Assembly (NCBI GenBank): GCA_041687695.1
Contig: JAWLBL010000025.1
Coordinates: forward strand, 32,001 to 96,000
Length of the DNA stretch: 64,000 bases
Reading direction: 5' to 3'
Source of the DNA: Myxococcota bacterium
GTDB taxonomy: Bacteria > Myxococcota_A > UBA9042 > PHBI01 > JAWLBL01
The notes beneath the pieces are model-generated. The model was not told the origin of the DNA and did no database searches. It saw nothing but the letters and a program-made list of their open reading frames with translations. How positions within the stretch are numbered: the first letter of the stretch is position 1; every line of letters begins with the position of its first letter. Positions 32,464 to 40,214 of the stretch are shown here, piece by piece. A program made the translations under genes and the position numbers.

Positions 32464-33186
32464 TTAGCGGTCGCCGGCCTCGCGGACGGCGTCGCGCAGG
32501 GCGCCCAGCTCGTCGGCGGTCAGCGGCCGGGCCTCGCCCTCGGGCAGGGCGGGGTCGAGCGTCAGCGGCCCCATCGAGAGGCGGCGCAGGGCGGCGACGT
32601 GGGCGCCGCAGGCGGCGATCATGCGCTTGACCTGGTGGTAGCGGCCCTCGGTCAGGGTGACGCGCACGCGGTCCGGGCCGATCGCCTCGAGGCGCGCGGG
32701 CTTGCAGATCGTCCCGTCCGCCAGGGCCACGCCGCGGGCGAAGCGCTCGGCGGCGTTGGCGTCCAGCGCGCCCTCGAGCTGCGCCTCGTACACGCGCGCG
32801 ACGTGCCGCCGCGGGTGGGTCAGGGCGTGGCTGAGCTGGCCGTCGGTCGTCAGCAGCAGCAGGCCCGTCGTGTCCTTGTCGAGCCGCCCGACCGGGGCCA
32901 GCCCGGGCCGCACCCAGCGCGGGTCGATCAGATCCAGCACGGTCCGCTCGCCGGGATCCTCGGTCGCGCTGACGACCTCGGCGGGCTTGTTCAGCATCAG
33001 CGTCACCTGCGGCAGGTACTCGACCGGCGCGCCGTCGACCGCGACGACCTGCCGCGTGGGGTCCACGTGGTCGGCCGGGCGGGTCGTGACGACGCCGTCG
33101 ATGGTGACCAGGCCGCGCCGGACCAGGCGGTCGGCCTCTTTGCGCGTGCGGCCAGTCTCGTGGGCCAGGAACCGATCCAACCTCAT
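32464..33186 (-). CDS. rsuA: rRNA pseudouridine synthase, RsuA family
   Basis: MRLDRFL S4 domain, LNKP, GRLDKDTTGL, EGRYHQVKRM. Confidence 0.88.
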   Translation of the reverse strand: MRLDRFLAHETGRTRKEADRLVRRGLVTIDGVVTTRPADHVDPTRQVVAVDGAPVEYLPQVTLMLNKPAEVVSATEDPGERTVLDLIDPRWVRPGLAPVGRLDKDTTGLLLLTTDGQLSHALTHPRRHVARVYEAQLEGALDANAAERFARGVALADGTICKPARLEAIGPDRVRVTLTEGRYHQVKRMIAACGAHVAALRRLSMGPLTLDPALPEGEARPLTADELGALRDAVREAGDR

Positions 33187-33231
33187 GCGTGTCTCCCTCC
33201 CAGGCGGCGAGTCGGCGTACAGTGGCCCGCG

Positions 33232-34620
33232 ATGACGCGCGCCGACAACCCTCGAATCGAGCGAGGCGACTTCCAGACCCCGGATTGGCTGGCCCGGGCG
33301 GTGGTCGAGCGCCTCCATCGGCTGGGCGTCTCGCCGTCCGGCGTCCTCGAGCCCACCTGCGGGCTGGGGGCCTTCCTGGTGGCGGCGGCCGCGCGGTGGC
33401 CCACGGCCGCGCTCGTCGGGCGCGACCTGTCGCCCGGCTACGTCGCCCAGGCGCGGCGCGCGTTGGGGCCGGCGGCCGACCTGCAGGTGGCCGACTGCTT
33501 CGCGACCGACTGGGCGGCGCTACTGGCCCGGCTGGGCGCCGCGCCGCTGGTGCTGGGCAACCCGCCCTGGGTGACGGCGAGCCGGCTGGGCGTCCTGGGC
33601 AGCGGCAACCGCCCGGCGCGGCGCACGCCCGAGGGCTTCAGCGGGCTGGAGGCGACGACCGGGCGGTCGAACTTCGATCTGGGCGAGGCGGTGATCGGGG
33701 CGCTGCTGGACGCGCTGGGCGAGCGGCCCGCGTGGCTGGCGATGCTGTGCAAGGCGACGGTCGCGCGGCGGCTGCTGCCCCGGGCGGCGCTGGTCGGCGT
33801 TTGGCGCATCGACGCGGCGGCGGCGTTCGGGGCGGCGGTGGACGCCGTGCTGATGGTGGCCGAGACCGGGCCGGGGGCGCAGGCCGGACGGGACGTGCCG
33901 GTCTTCGCGGCGCTCGATCGCGATCGGCCGGAGGTCCACTGGGGCGTGCGCGCCGGCCGCGTGGTGGCCGACGTCGAGGCGTGGGCCGAGCCGGCGCCGG
34001 ACGCGCCGCCCGGACTGCGGTGGCGCTCGGGCCTCAAGCACGACTGCGCGGCCGTGATGGAGCTGCGCCGCGACGACGAAGGCTGGGTCAACGGGCTGGG
34101 CGAGGCGGTCGACCTCGAGCCTTCGGTGGCCCTGCCGCTGCTCAAGAGCCGCGATCTCGCGCGCGGAGAGATCGACGGCGCGGCGCGGCGCGTCGTGGTC
34201 CCGCAGCGCGCCCTCGGGCAGGACACCGAGCGCCTGGCGGACGAGGCCCCGCGCGCCTTCGCCTACCTCGAGCGCCACGCCGAGCGCCTCGGACGGCGCG
34301 CCAGCAGCATCTACCGCCGCCAGCCCCGCTTCGCCGTCTTCGGGGTCGGCCCCTACACCTTCGCGCCGTGGAAGGTCGCCGTGTCGGGGCTGCACGCCGA
34401 GCCGGCCTTCCGCGTGGTCGGCCCGGTCGACGGCCAGCCGGTCGTGCTGGACGACACCTGCTACTTCGCGGGCTTTGGCGACGAGGCGGCGGCCCGCGCG
34501 GCCGCGGTCTGGCTGGACGCCCCGGCGACGCGGCGGCGCTTGCGCGCCCTGATGTTCGGCGGCGGCAAGCGGCCGCTGACCCTGGACGTCCTGGCGGGGC
34601 TGCAAGCCGCTTCGCGGTAG
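33232..34620 (+). CDS. DNA amino-methyltransferase, probably N6-adenine (gamma-type motif order)
   Basis: GDFQTP (motif X), LEPTCGLGAFL (motif I), GNPPW (motif IV), C-terminal target-recognition-like region (WRSGLKHDC...PWKVAVSGL...LDDTCY). Confidence 0.85.
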   Translation: MTRADNPRIERGDFQTPDWLARAVVERLHRLGVSPSGVLEPTCGLGAFLVAAAARWPTAALVGRDLSPGYVAQARRALGPAADLQVADCFATDWAALLARLGAAPLVLGNPPWVTASRLGVLGSGNRPARRTPEGFSGLEATTGRSNFDLGEAVIGALLDALGERPAWLAMLCKATVARRLLPRAALVGVWRIDAAAAFGAAVDAVLMVAETGPGAQAGRDVPVFAALDRDRPEVHWGVRAGRVVADVEAWAEPAPDAPPGLRWRSGLKHDCAAVMELRRDDEGWVNGLGEAVDLEPSVALPLLKSRDLARGEIDGAARRVVVPQRALGQDTERLADEAPRAFAYLERHAERLGRRASSIYRRQPRFAVFGVGPYTFAPWKVAVSGLHAEPAFRVVGPVDGQPVVLDDTCYFAGFGDEAAARAAAVWLDAPATRRRLRALMFGGGKRPLTLDVLAGLQAASR

Positions 34621-34653
34621 CGCAAACGTCGGGGTTGGGGCAGTCTGCGGGCC

Positions 34654-35895
34654 GTGAGACCGCCTCGCCGACAGCCCGCGCCCGACCCGCAGGGGCGCCG
34701 CGCCCTCTCGCAGGTGGGCGGCCGCGCGCGCCTCGAGGGGAACCGCGCCGTGGCCGACGCGCTGGCCCGCGCCGCCCGGCCCCCTGCCGACGACGAGGGC
34801 CGCGCCCTGACCCACGGCTTCCACGCCTGGCCCGCGCGCATGCACCCCCACACGGCGGCGGCGCTCATCCGCGAGGTCGCCCCGGCCCACGGCGCCGTCG
34901 TGGACCCGTTCATGGGCGGCGGCACGGTGGTCCTCGAGGCGATGCTGGCCGGCCGCGAGGCCTACGGTGGCGACGTGAACCCGCTGGCCGTCGAGGTCGC
35001 GTGGGCCCGCACCCGCCGCTGGCCCGACGGCCGGGCCGAGGCCCTGGTCACCCGCGCCCGGGCGGCCGTCACCGCCGCACGCCACCTGCGCGACGAGCGC
35101 CAGGTCCCGGCGGCGTTCCGGAAACACGAGGGGCCCTGGTACGACCCGCCGGCGCTGGCCGAGGTGTGGAGCATCGCCCAGGCCGTCGCGGGCGAGCCCG
35201 ACGCCGAGCTGGCCCGCATGCTGCGGGTCGTCCTGTCGTCCATCCTGGTCAAGGCGTCCCGGCAGGCCTCGGACTCGGTCACGCGCCTGGACCGCGAGCA
35301 CCGCTTCGTGCCGCGCGGCCGGGTCGAGCAGTGGTTCGTGGCGCGCGCCGAGGAGCACGCCCGCAACCTGACGGCGCTGCGCGCGGCGCTGCCGCCCGGC
35401 GTGCCCGAGCCGCGCATCGCCCAGCGCGACGCGCGCGCCGCTGCCCCGACCCTGGCCGGACGCGTCGCCGCCGTCGTCACCTCGCCGCCGTACCCGGGCA
35501 CCTACGACTACGTCGAGCACCACCGCCGTCGGTACGCCGCGCTGGGCCTGGACCCCGAGCTGGCCGAGCGCGCCGAGCTGGGATCGCGCCGCGAGCAGCG
35601 CGCGCTGGGCACCGAGGCCGCCGCGCAGCGCTTCCAGGACGACCTGGCGGCCGCGATGGGGGCGTGGCGGGCGACGCTGGCGCCGGGCGGGCGGGTGCTG
35701 ATGGTCATCGGCGACGGCCAGCAGCCGCGCGGGGTCGTGCGGGCCCTGCCCATCGTGCGGCGGGCGGGGGAGGCGGCCGGCCTGCGGGTCGTCGCCAGCG
35801 CGTCGCAGCCGCGGCGGGTGTGGGGGCACGTGGGGTCGGACCAGGCCTCGCGCAAGGAGGAGCACGTGGTCGCGTTGGAGGCCGCCGATGGATGA
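34654..35895 (+). CDS. Amino-methyltransferase with SPPY motif (N4-cytosine DNA MTase-like, alpha-type order; RNA target not excluded)
   Basis: THGFHAWPARMHP (motif X), VDPFMGGGT (motif I), insert, VTSPPY (motif IV). Confidence 0.8.
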   Translation: MRPPRRQPAPDPQGRRALSQVGGRARLEGNRAVADALARAARPPADDEGRALTHGFHAWPARMHPHTAAALIREVAPAHGAVVDPFMGGGTVVLEAMLAGREAYGGDVNPLAVEVAWARTRRWPDGRAEALVTRARAAVTAARHLRDERQVPAAFRKHEGPWYDPPALAEVWSIAQAVAGEPDAELARMLRVVLSSILVKASRQASDSVTRLDREHRFVPRGRVEQWFVARAEEHARNLTALRAALPPGVPEPRIAQRDARAAAPTLAGRVAAVVTSPPYPGTYDYVEHHRRRYAALGLDPELAERAELGSRREQRALGTEAAAQRFQDDLAAAMGAWRATLAPGGRVLMVIGDGQQPRGVVRALPIVRRAGEAAGLRVVASASQPRRVWGHVGSDQASRKEEHVVALEAADG

Positions 35896-36259
35896 CGGCG
35901 GGCGGCCGGCCGGCTGGGCAGACGCGCGGACGACGCTGGCCGAGGTGCGAGCGCGCCTCGAGGCGTTCAACCGGGCCCGCGACTGGGAGCAGTTCCACGC
36001 CCCCAAGGACCTGGCCATGTGCCTGGCGGCTGAGGCGGGCGAGCTGCTCGAGCCCTTTCTGTGGAAGCGCGAGGGCGAGGCCGTCGACGAGGCCAGGGTG
36101 CGCGAGGAGCTGGCCGACGTGGTGATCTGCGCCGTGAACCTGGCCGCCCGCATGGGCATCGACCTGAGCGCCGCCGTGGACGCCAAGATCGCGGCCAACG
36201 CGCGCAAGTACCCGGTCGACAAGGCGCGCGGGCGGGCCACCAAGCACGACGAGCTGTGA
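35888..36259 (+). CDS. MazG-like nucleotide pyrophosphohydrolase (DCTPP1/RS21-C6 type)
   Basis: RDWEQFHAPKDL, EAGEL, EELADV, NARKYP. Confidence 0.9.
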   Translation: MDDGGRPAGWADARTTLAEVRARLEAFNRARDWEQFHAPKDLAMCLAAEAGELLEPFLWKREGEAVDEARVREELADVVICAVNLAARMGIDLSAAVDAKIAANARKYPVDKARGRATKHDEL

Positions 36260-36263
36260 GGGG

Positions 36264-37517
36264 ATGGCGGAGCGGCCCGAGACGCTGATGGAGCTGCCAG
36301 AGACGGAGTTGGATGTCGCGCGCCGGCGGGTGCTGGCGGCGGCGCGCGAGGTGCGCGCGGCGCGGTCGCCGGGCGTGATGGAGCGGCCGCTGTGGCAGGC
36401 GCGCGGGCTGGTGCTGGCGCGCGACGTGCGGGCGGACGGGGATCATCCGGCGGCGCCGCGGGCGCTGTCGGACGGGTACGCGGTGCGCGCGGCGGACGTG
36501 GCGGGGCCGGCGCGGCTGCGGGTCGTCGGCGAGCTGTCGGCGGGCGAGCACTGGCCGGGCGCCCTGGGGGCCGGCCAGGCGGTGGCGCTGACGACCGGCG
36601 CGCCGCTGCCGGATGGGGCCGACGCCGTCCACCTGCTGGAGGGGGCGCGGCGCGAGGGCGACGAGGTGGCGCTGCCTGGCGGGCTGACGCCGGGCGACGG
36701 CGTGGTGGGGCAGGGCGAGTTCGCCAGGGCCGGTGAGGTGGTCGTCCCGGCCGGGACCGTGGTCGACGGCCTGACGGTGGGCGTCCTGGCGTCGGTCGGG
36801 GCCGGCCGCGTCAGCGTGTTCAAGCGGCCGCGCGTGGTAGTCGTGGCCACGGGCAGCGAGCTGGTGGAGCTGGACGAGGCGCCGTCGTCGGCGCAGGTGC
36901 GCGACTCGAACCGGCACACGCTGATGGCGATGCTCGAGGCGGCCTGGTGCCGCGTGGTCGACGGCGGGCGGGTGCCCGACGACCACGCGGCGCTGCGGCG
37001 GGCCGTGCGCGAGGGGCTGGACTCGGACGTGCTGGTGCTGTCGGGCGGCATGTCGTCGGGGCCGGCCGATCGGGTGCGCGAGGTGCTCGAGGACGAGGGG
37101 GTCGAGGTCCTGCTGCACAACGTGCGCATACGCCCGGGCAAGCCGGTGCTGGTGGGGCGCCACGCCGGCGGGTTGGTCTTCGGCCTGCCCGGCAACCCGG
37201 TCAGCACCTTCGTCACGGGGCACCTCTTGCTGCTGCCGGCGGTGCGGGTGCTCGAGGGGCGGCGTCAGCCCGGCCCCTGGGTGCTGGGCGCGCGTCTCGA
37301 CGGGCGGCTGGACCCGACCGGACCGCGGACCACCTTCCATCCGGGGCGGCTCGAGGTGGCCGAGGACGGCTCTTTCGCGGTGGTCCCGCTGCACTGGGGC
37401 GGCAGCGGCGACCAGATCGCCTTCGCGCGCGGGGACTGCCTCATCCGGCGCGAGCAGGGCGCCCCACCGGCCGGCCCGGGCGAGATGGTGTCGGTGCTGG
37501 TCGTCTCGGCGCCCTGA
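36264..37517 (+). CDS. moeA: Molybdopterin molybdotransferase
   Basis: DGYAVR, TGAPLPDGADAV, TGSEL, DSN, SGG, RPGKP, GLPGNPVS. Confidence 0.92.
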   Translation: MAERPETLMELPETELDVARRRVLAAAREVRAARSPGVMERPLWQARGLVLARDVRADGDHPAAPRALSDGYAVRAADVAGPARLRVVGELSAGEHWPGALGAGQAVALTTGAPLPDGADAVHLLEGARREGDEVALPGGLTPGDGVVGQGEFARAGEVVVPAGTVVDGLTVGVLASVGAGRVSVFKRPRVVVVATGSELVELDEAPSSAQVRDSNRHTLMAMLEAAWCRVVDGGRVPDDHAALRRAVREGLDSDVLVLSGGMSSGPADRVREVLEDEGVEVLLHNVRIRPGKPVLVGRHAGGLVFGLPGNPVSTFVTGHLLLLPAVRVLEGRRQPGPWVLGARLDGRLDPTGPRTTFHPGRLEVAEDGSFAVVPLHWGGSGDQIAFARGDCLIRREQGAPPAGPGEMVSVLVVSAP

Positions 37518-37523
37518 CGCGCG

Positions 37524-37964
37524 TCAGCCTCGGCGCGCCTCGTTGCGATACTCGGGCTCGACGCCCAGCTCGCGCCAGCGGCGAAAGCGGACGCGGCTCT
37601 CGGCCAGCCGCTCCGGCTGCCGGTGGTCGACGATCTCGATGACCGCCGCGTACCGGCGGGCGAACTCGATCGACGTCGCCGCCTCGAGCAGCAAGACCTC
37701 GGCCGAGATGGGGTCCTGCTCGGCGGTCGTGATGACGACGCCCACCTCGGGGTCGTGCAGCGGCTCGCCGGGCCGGGCGATCTCGTGCGGCAGGAAGGTC
37801 TCGTCGCGGTAGACCCACAGGTGCTCGTCGATCTCCTCGGCCACGGCCGGATCGCCGCAGTGGATGAGCATGCGCTTGCCGCGCTCGTGGGCCGCCTCCG
37901 CCATGCGCGCGATGAAGGGCAGCCGGTCCGCCGGCGGCAGGTCGTAGAAGGTCACTCGCGTCAC
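37524..37964 (-). CDS. holC: DNA polymerase III subunit chi
   Basis: VTFYDL, IDEHLW, FLPH, SRVRFRRWRELG; GTG start overlaps the upstream stop. Confidence 0.85.
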   Translation of the reverse strand: MTRVTFYDLPPADRLPFIARMAEAAHERGKRMLIHCGDPAVAEEIDEHLWVYRDETFLPHEIARPGEPLHDPEVGVVITTAEQDPISAEVLLLEAATSIEFARRYAAVIEIVDHRQPERLAESRVRFRRWRELGVEPEYRNEARRG

Positions 37965-38401
37965 GCGTCCAGATCCTCCAGCACGACCACGCGGTCGAGC
38001 AGATCGATGGACATCCGGGTGTCGGCCTCCTCGACCACCAACAACCCCTCGTCGGCCGCCTCGAAGGGCTCGGTGAACCACGCGCCGGTCGCGTGCACGA
38101 AGCGCTCGAGGGCGGCCAGGTGCTCGGGCTCGTGGGGGTCGAGCCCGTCGGGCAGGTGCAGCTGCACCGCGATGAGCTCGTCGAGCCGGAACTGGAAGAC
38201 GGCGCCCACGTCGAGCCCGCCGATCTCGAGCGGCTCGGGCAGCTGGTACTCCTGGATGTCGCCTTCGTCGCGTAGCAGCGGCGCCTCGGGGTGATCGAGG
38301 AGAAAGGCGTCCGTCTTGCTTCCCCACGCGCGGCCGAGGATGATGCCGACGCTGGGGTCTACGAAGCGCGTTTCTGGCATGCTGCCCATGGCGAAGCTCA
38401 C
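37961..38401 (-). CDS. Hypothetical acidic protein
   Basis: ORF coupled to holC by a GTGA overlap; no recognised motif; start uncertain. Confidence 0.6.
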   Translation of the reverse strand: MSFAMGSMPETRFVDPSVGIILGRAWGSKTDAFLLDHPEAPLLRDEGDIQEYQLPEPLEIGGLDVGAVFQFRLDELIAVQLHLPDGLDPHEPEHLAALERFVHATGAWFTEPFEAADEGLLVVEEADTRMSIDLLDRVVVLEDLDA

Positions 38402-38548
38402 ATCCAGGCCGTCCCATCGAAGCGGGCGCGGGCCACGAAGACGCGTCGGCGCCGCGCCGCGCGTGCGACCGGGGCGTCCGACGCCCCCCGCTCTAACAGC
38501 AGGGTCGTCGCGCCGTCAACACGGCGCCGCCCCGGCCCCGGAGTCCCG

Positions 38549-39436
38549 ATGACCTGGCTGTCGGCCCGCCGCGAGGGTCTGCACCGGCTGTCCGCGCGCG
38601 ACCGCCGCGAGATCCTGCGCTTTCTGCGCGGCCAGCCCGAGCACAACGCCTACCTGCTGGCCCAGGTCGAGCGCGGCGCCCTGGTCCGCGACGACGTCGC
38701 CGGCCCGTTCATCGGCTTCTGGTCGGGCGGCGCCCTCGTCGGCGCCTTCTGCTGCGGCTCCAACCTGGTGCTGTCGTCGCCGGTCAGCGCCGAGGCCCTG
38801 TCCGCCTTCGCCGAGTACGCACGCCGTGGCGGCTGGCAGGTGCGCGTCGCCATCGGGCAGGACACCGACCTAGGCCGCTTCATGGATCTCTATGGCCGCG
38901 ACCACCGCCCGGTGCGCCTCGAGCGGCCCGGCCAGCTGCTGTTCCGGCTCACGCGGGCCCGCCACGAGCCGCCCGACGGCCGGACCGGCCTGCGACCGGC
39001 CGAGCTGAGCGAGCTCGAGGCCATCCTGGCGGCCGACCGCGCCATGGTCGTCGAGGAGCTGGGCTTCGACCCCTTCGTCGAAGACCCGTTCAGCCACCGC
39101 GAGGGGTGGCGCCGCCGCATCCGCGAGGGGCGCGCCTGGGTCATCGGGCCGCCGGGCGGGCCGCTCGTCTTCAAGGCCGAGCAGTCGGCGGTCAGCGACG
39201 ACGCCGTGCAGATCTCGGGCGTCTGGACCCACCCCGGCGCGCGCGGCCAGGGGCTCGCCCGACGCGCGCTGGGCGAGCTGTGCGGGCGGCTGCTGGTCTC
39301 GGCCCCGTTGGTCACCCTGTACGTGCACCCGCTCAACGGACCGGCCATCGCCGTCTACCGGCGCCTGGGCTTCGAGCTGGTCGACAAGGTCCGCTCGATC
39401 TGGTTCGAGGCCGGGCGCGCCCCAGGCGACGGATAG
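38549..39436 (+). CDS. GNAT family acetyltransferase
   Basis: QISGVWTHPGARGQGLA, NGPAIAVYRRLGF; ATG 38549 with GGAG Shine-Dalgarno. Confidence 0.85.
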   Translation: MTWLSARREGLHRLSARDRREILRFLRGQPEHNAYLLAQVERGALVRDDVAGPFIGFWSGGALVGAFCCGSNLVLSSPVSAEALSAFAEYARRGGWQVRVAIGQDTDLGRFMDLYGRDHRPVRLERPGQLLFRLTRARHEPPDGRTGLRPAELSELEAILAADRAMVVEELGFDPFVEDPFSHREGWRRRIREGRAWVIGPPGGPLVFKAEQSAVSDDAVQISGVWTHPGARGQGLARRALGELCGRLLVSAPLVTLYVHPLNGPAIAVYRRLGFELVDKVRSIWFEAGRAPGDG

Positions 39437-39449
39437 GGAGGCGGCGGCC

Positions 39450-40214
39450 TCAGGCGGCGCGGGCGGCCGGGGTCCGTCGCTGCTGGGCGTACAGGCGCAG
39501 GGCGAAGGCGCCGGCGGGGGTGGCGCGCAGCTCCTCGACCAGGGCGCGGGCGCCGGTCGGCAGCTCGGCGGCGGCGGGCAGCGGGACGCCGTACTCGGGC
39601 GGCAGCAGCAGCGGCGCGGCCAGGGCGGCGAAGGTCAGGTCCGCCGCGGTGAACGAGTCGCCGGTCAGGAAGGAACGCCCGTCGGCCAAAAGCGCGGCCA
39701 CGTCGGCGAAGACCTGGTCGATGCGCTCGCGGGCCTTGGCGGCGCCGCGGGGGTGCAGCCCGTACCCCTTCTTCAGCGCCAGGCGGAGCAGCGGCATCAT
39801 GAGGCGGATCAGGCGGCGCTCGGCCGGGGGCGCGCCCACCGTGACCATGCGGTGCAGCAGCGACGAGTCGACCAGGTGGCAGTACATCAGGCGCCGCGCC
39901 GCGGGGCCCAGGCGCCGGTCGAAGTCGTCCTCGAGCTGGTCGACGCGGGCGCGGGCGTCGGGGTCGGCCGGCCACAGCGCGGCGCCCCGCGCGTCGGCCC
40001 AGCGCAGGATGTCCGTCGAGTCGGTCAGCGCTCCCTCGGCCGTCAGCAGGATCGGCACCGTGCGCCCGCCGCCGGCGCGGCGAGTGGCGCGGCGGTGAAA
40101 GAGCGGCGCGTGCGGCTCCTCGTCGTAGGCGACGCCGGCGCGCTCGAGCGCCCAGCGGGCCTTGTCGACGTAGTGGCTCAGGCCGATGCTCACCAGCCGC
40201 GGTCGCGAGGTCAC
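39450..40214 (-). CDS. Glutathione S-transferase family protein
   Basis: SHYVDKARWAL, TVPIL, DSTDIL, GDSFTAADLTFAAL. Confidence 0.88.
   Translation of the reverse strand: MTSRPRLVSIGLSHYVDKARWALERAGVAYDEEPHAPLFHRRATRRAGGGRTVPILLTAEGALTDSTDILRWADARGAALWPADPDARARVDQLEDDFDRRLGPAARRLMYCHLVDSSLLHRMVTVGAPPAERRLIRLMMPLLRLALKKGYGLHPRGAAKARERIDQVFADVAALLADGRSFLTGDSFTAADLTFAALAAPLLLPPEYGVPLPAAAELPTGARALVEELRATPAGAFALRLYAQQRRTPAARAA

Noticed and set aside
32407..33231. Extended N-termini in the ORF track (e.g. MTase from 32407, Hsp70 from 52563, glyA from 17457, lepB from 4794)
   Set aside because: The extensions overlap other real genes and are low-complexity; internal starts with coupling overlaps or Shine-Dalgarno/promoter signals fit better
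33232..35895. Complete restriction-modification system
   Set aside because: No endonuclease or specificity-subunit ORF is recognisable nearby
30811..36259. Genomic island integrated at selC carrying the methyltransferases
   Set aside because: No integrase, no duplicated tRNA 3' end seen, housekeeping thiI and rsuA intervene, and composition looks like the rest of the window
38471..38487. Palindrome GGGGCGTC-C-GACGCCCC between divergent genes
   Set aside because: Short GC-rich palindrome with no U-tract; could be an operator, but nothing distinguishes it from chance
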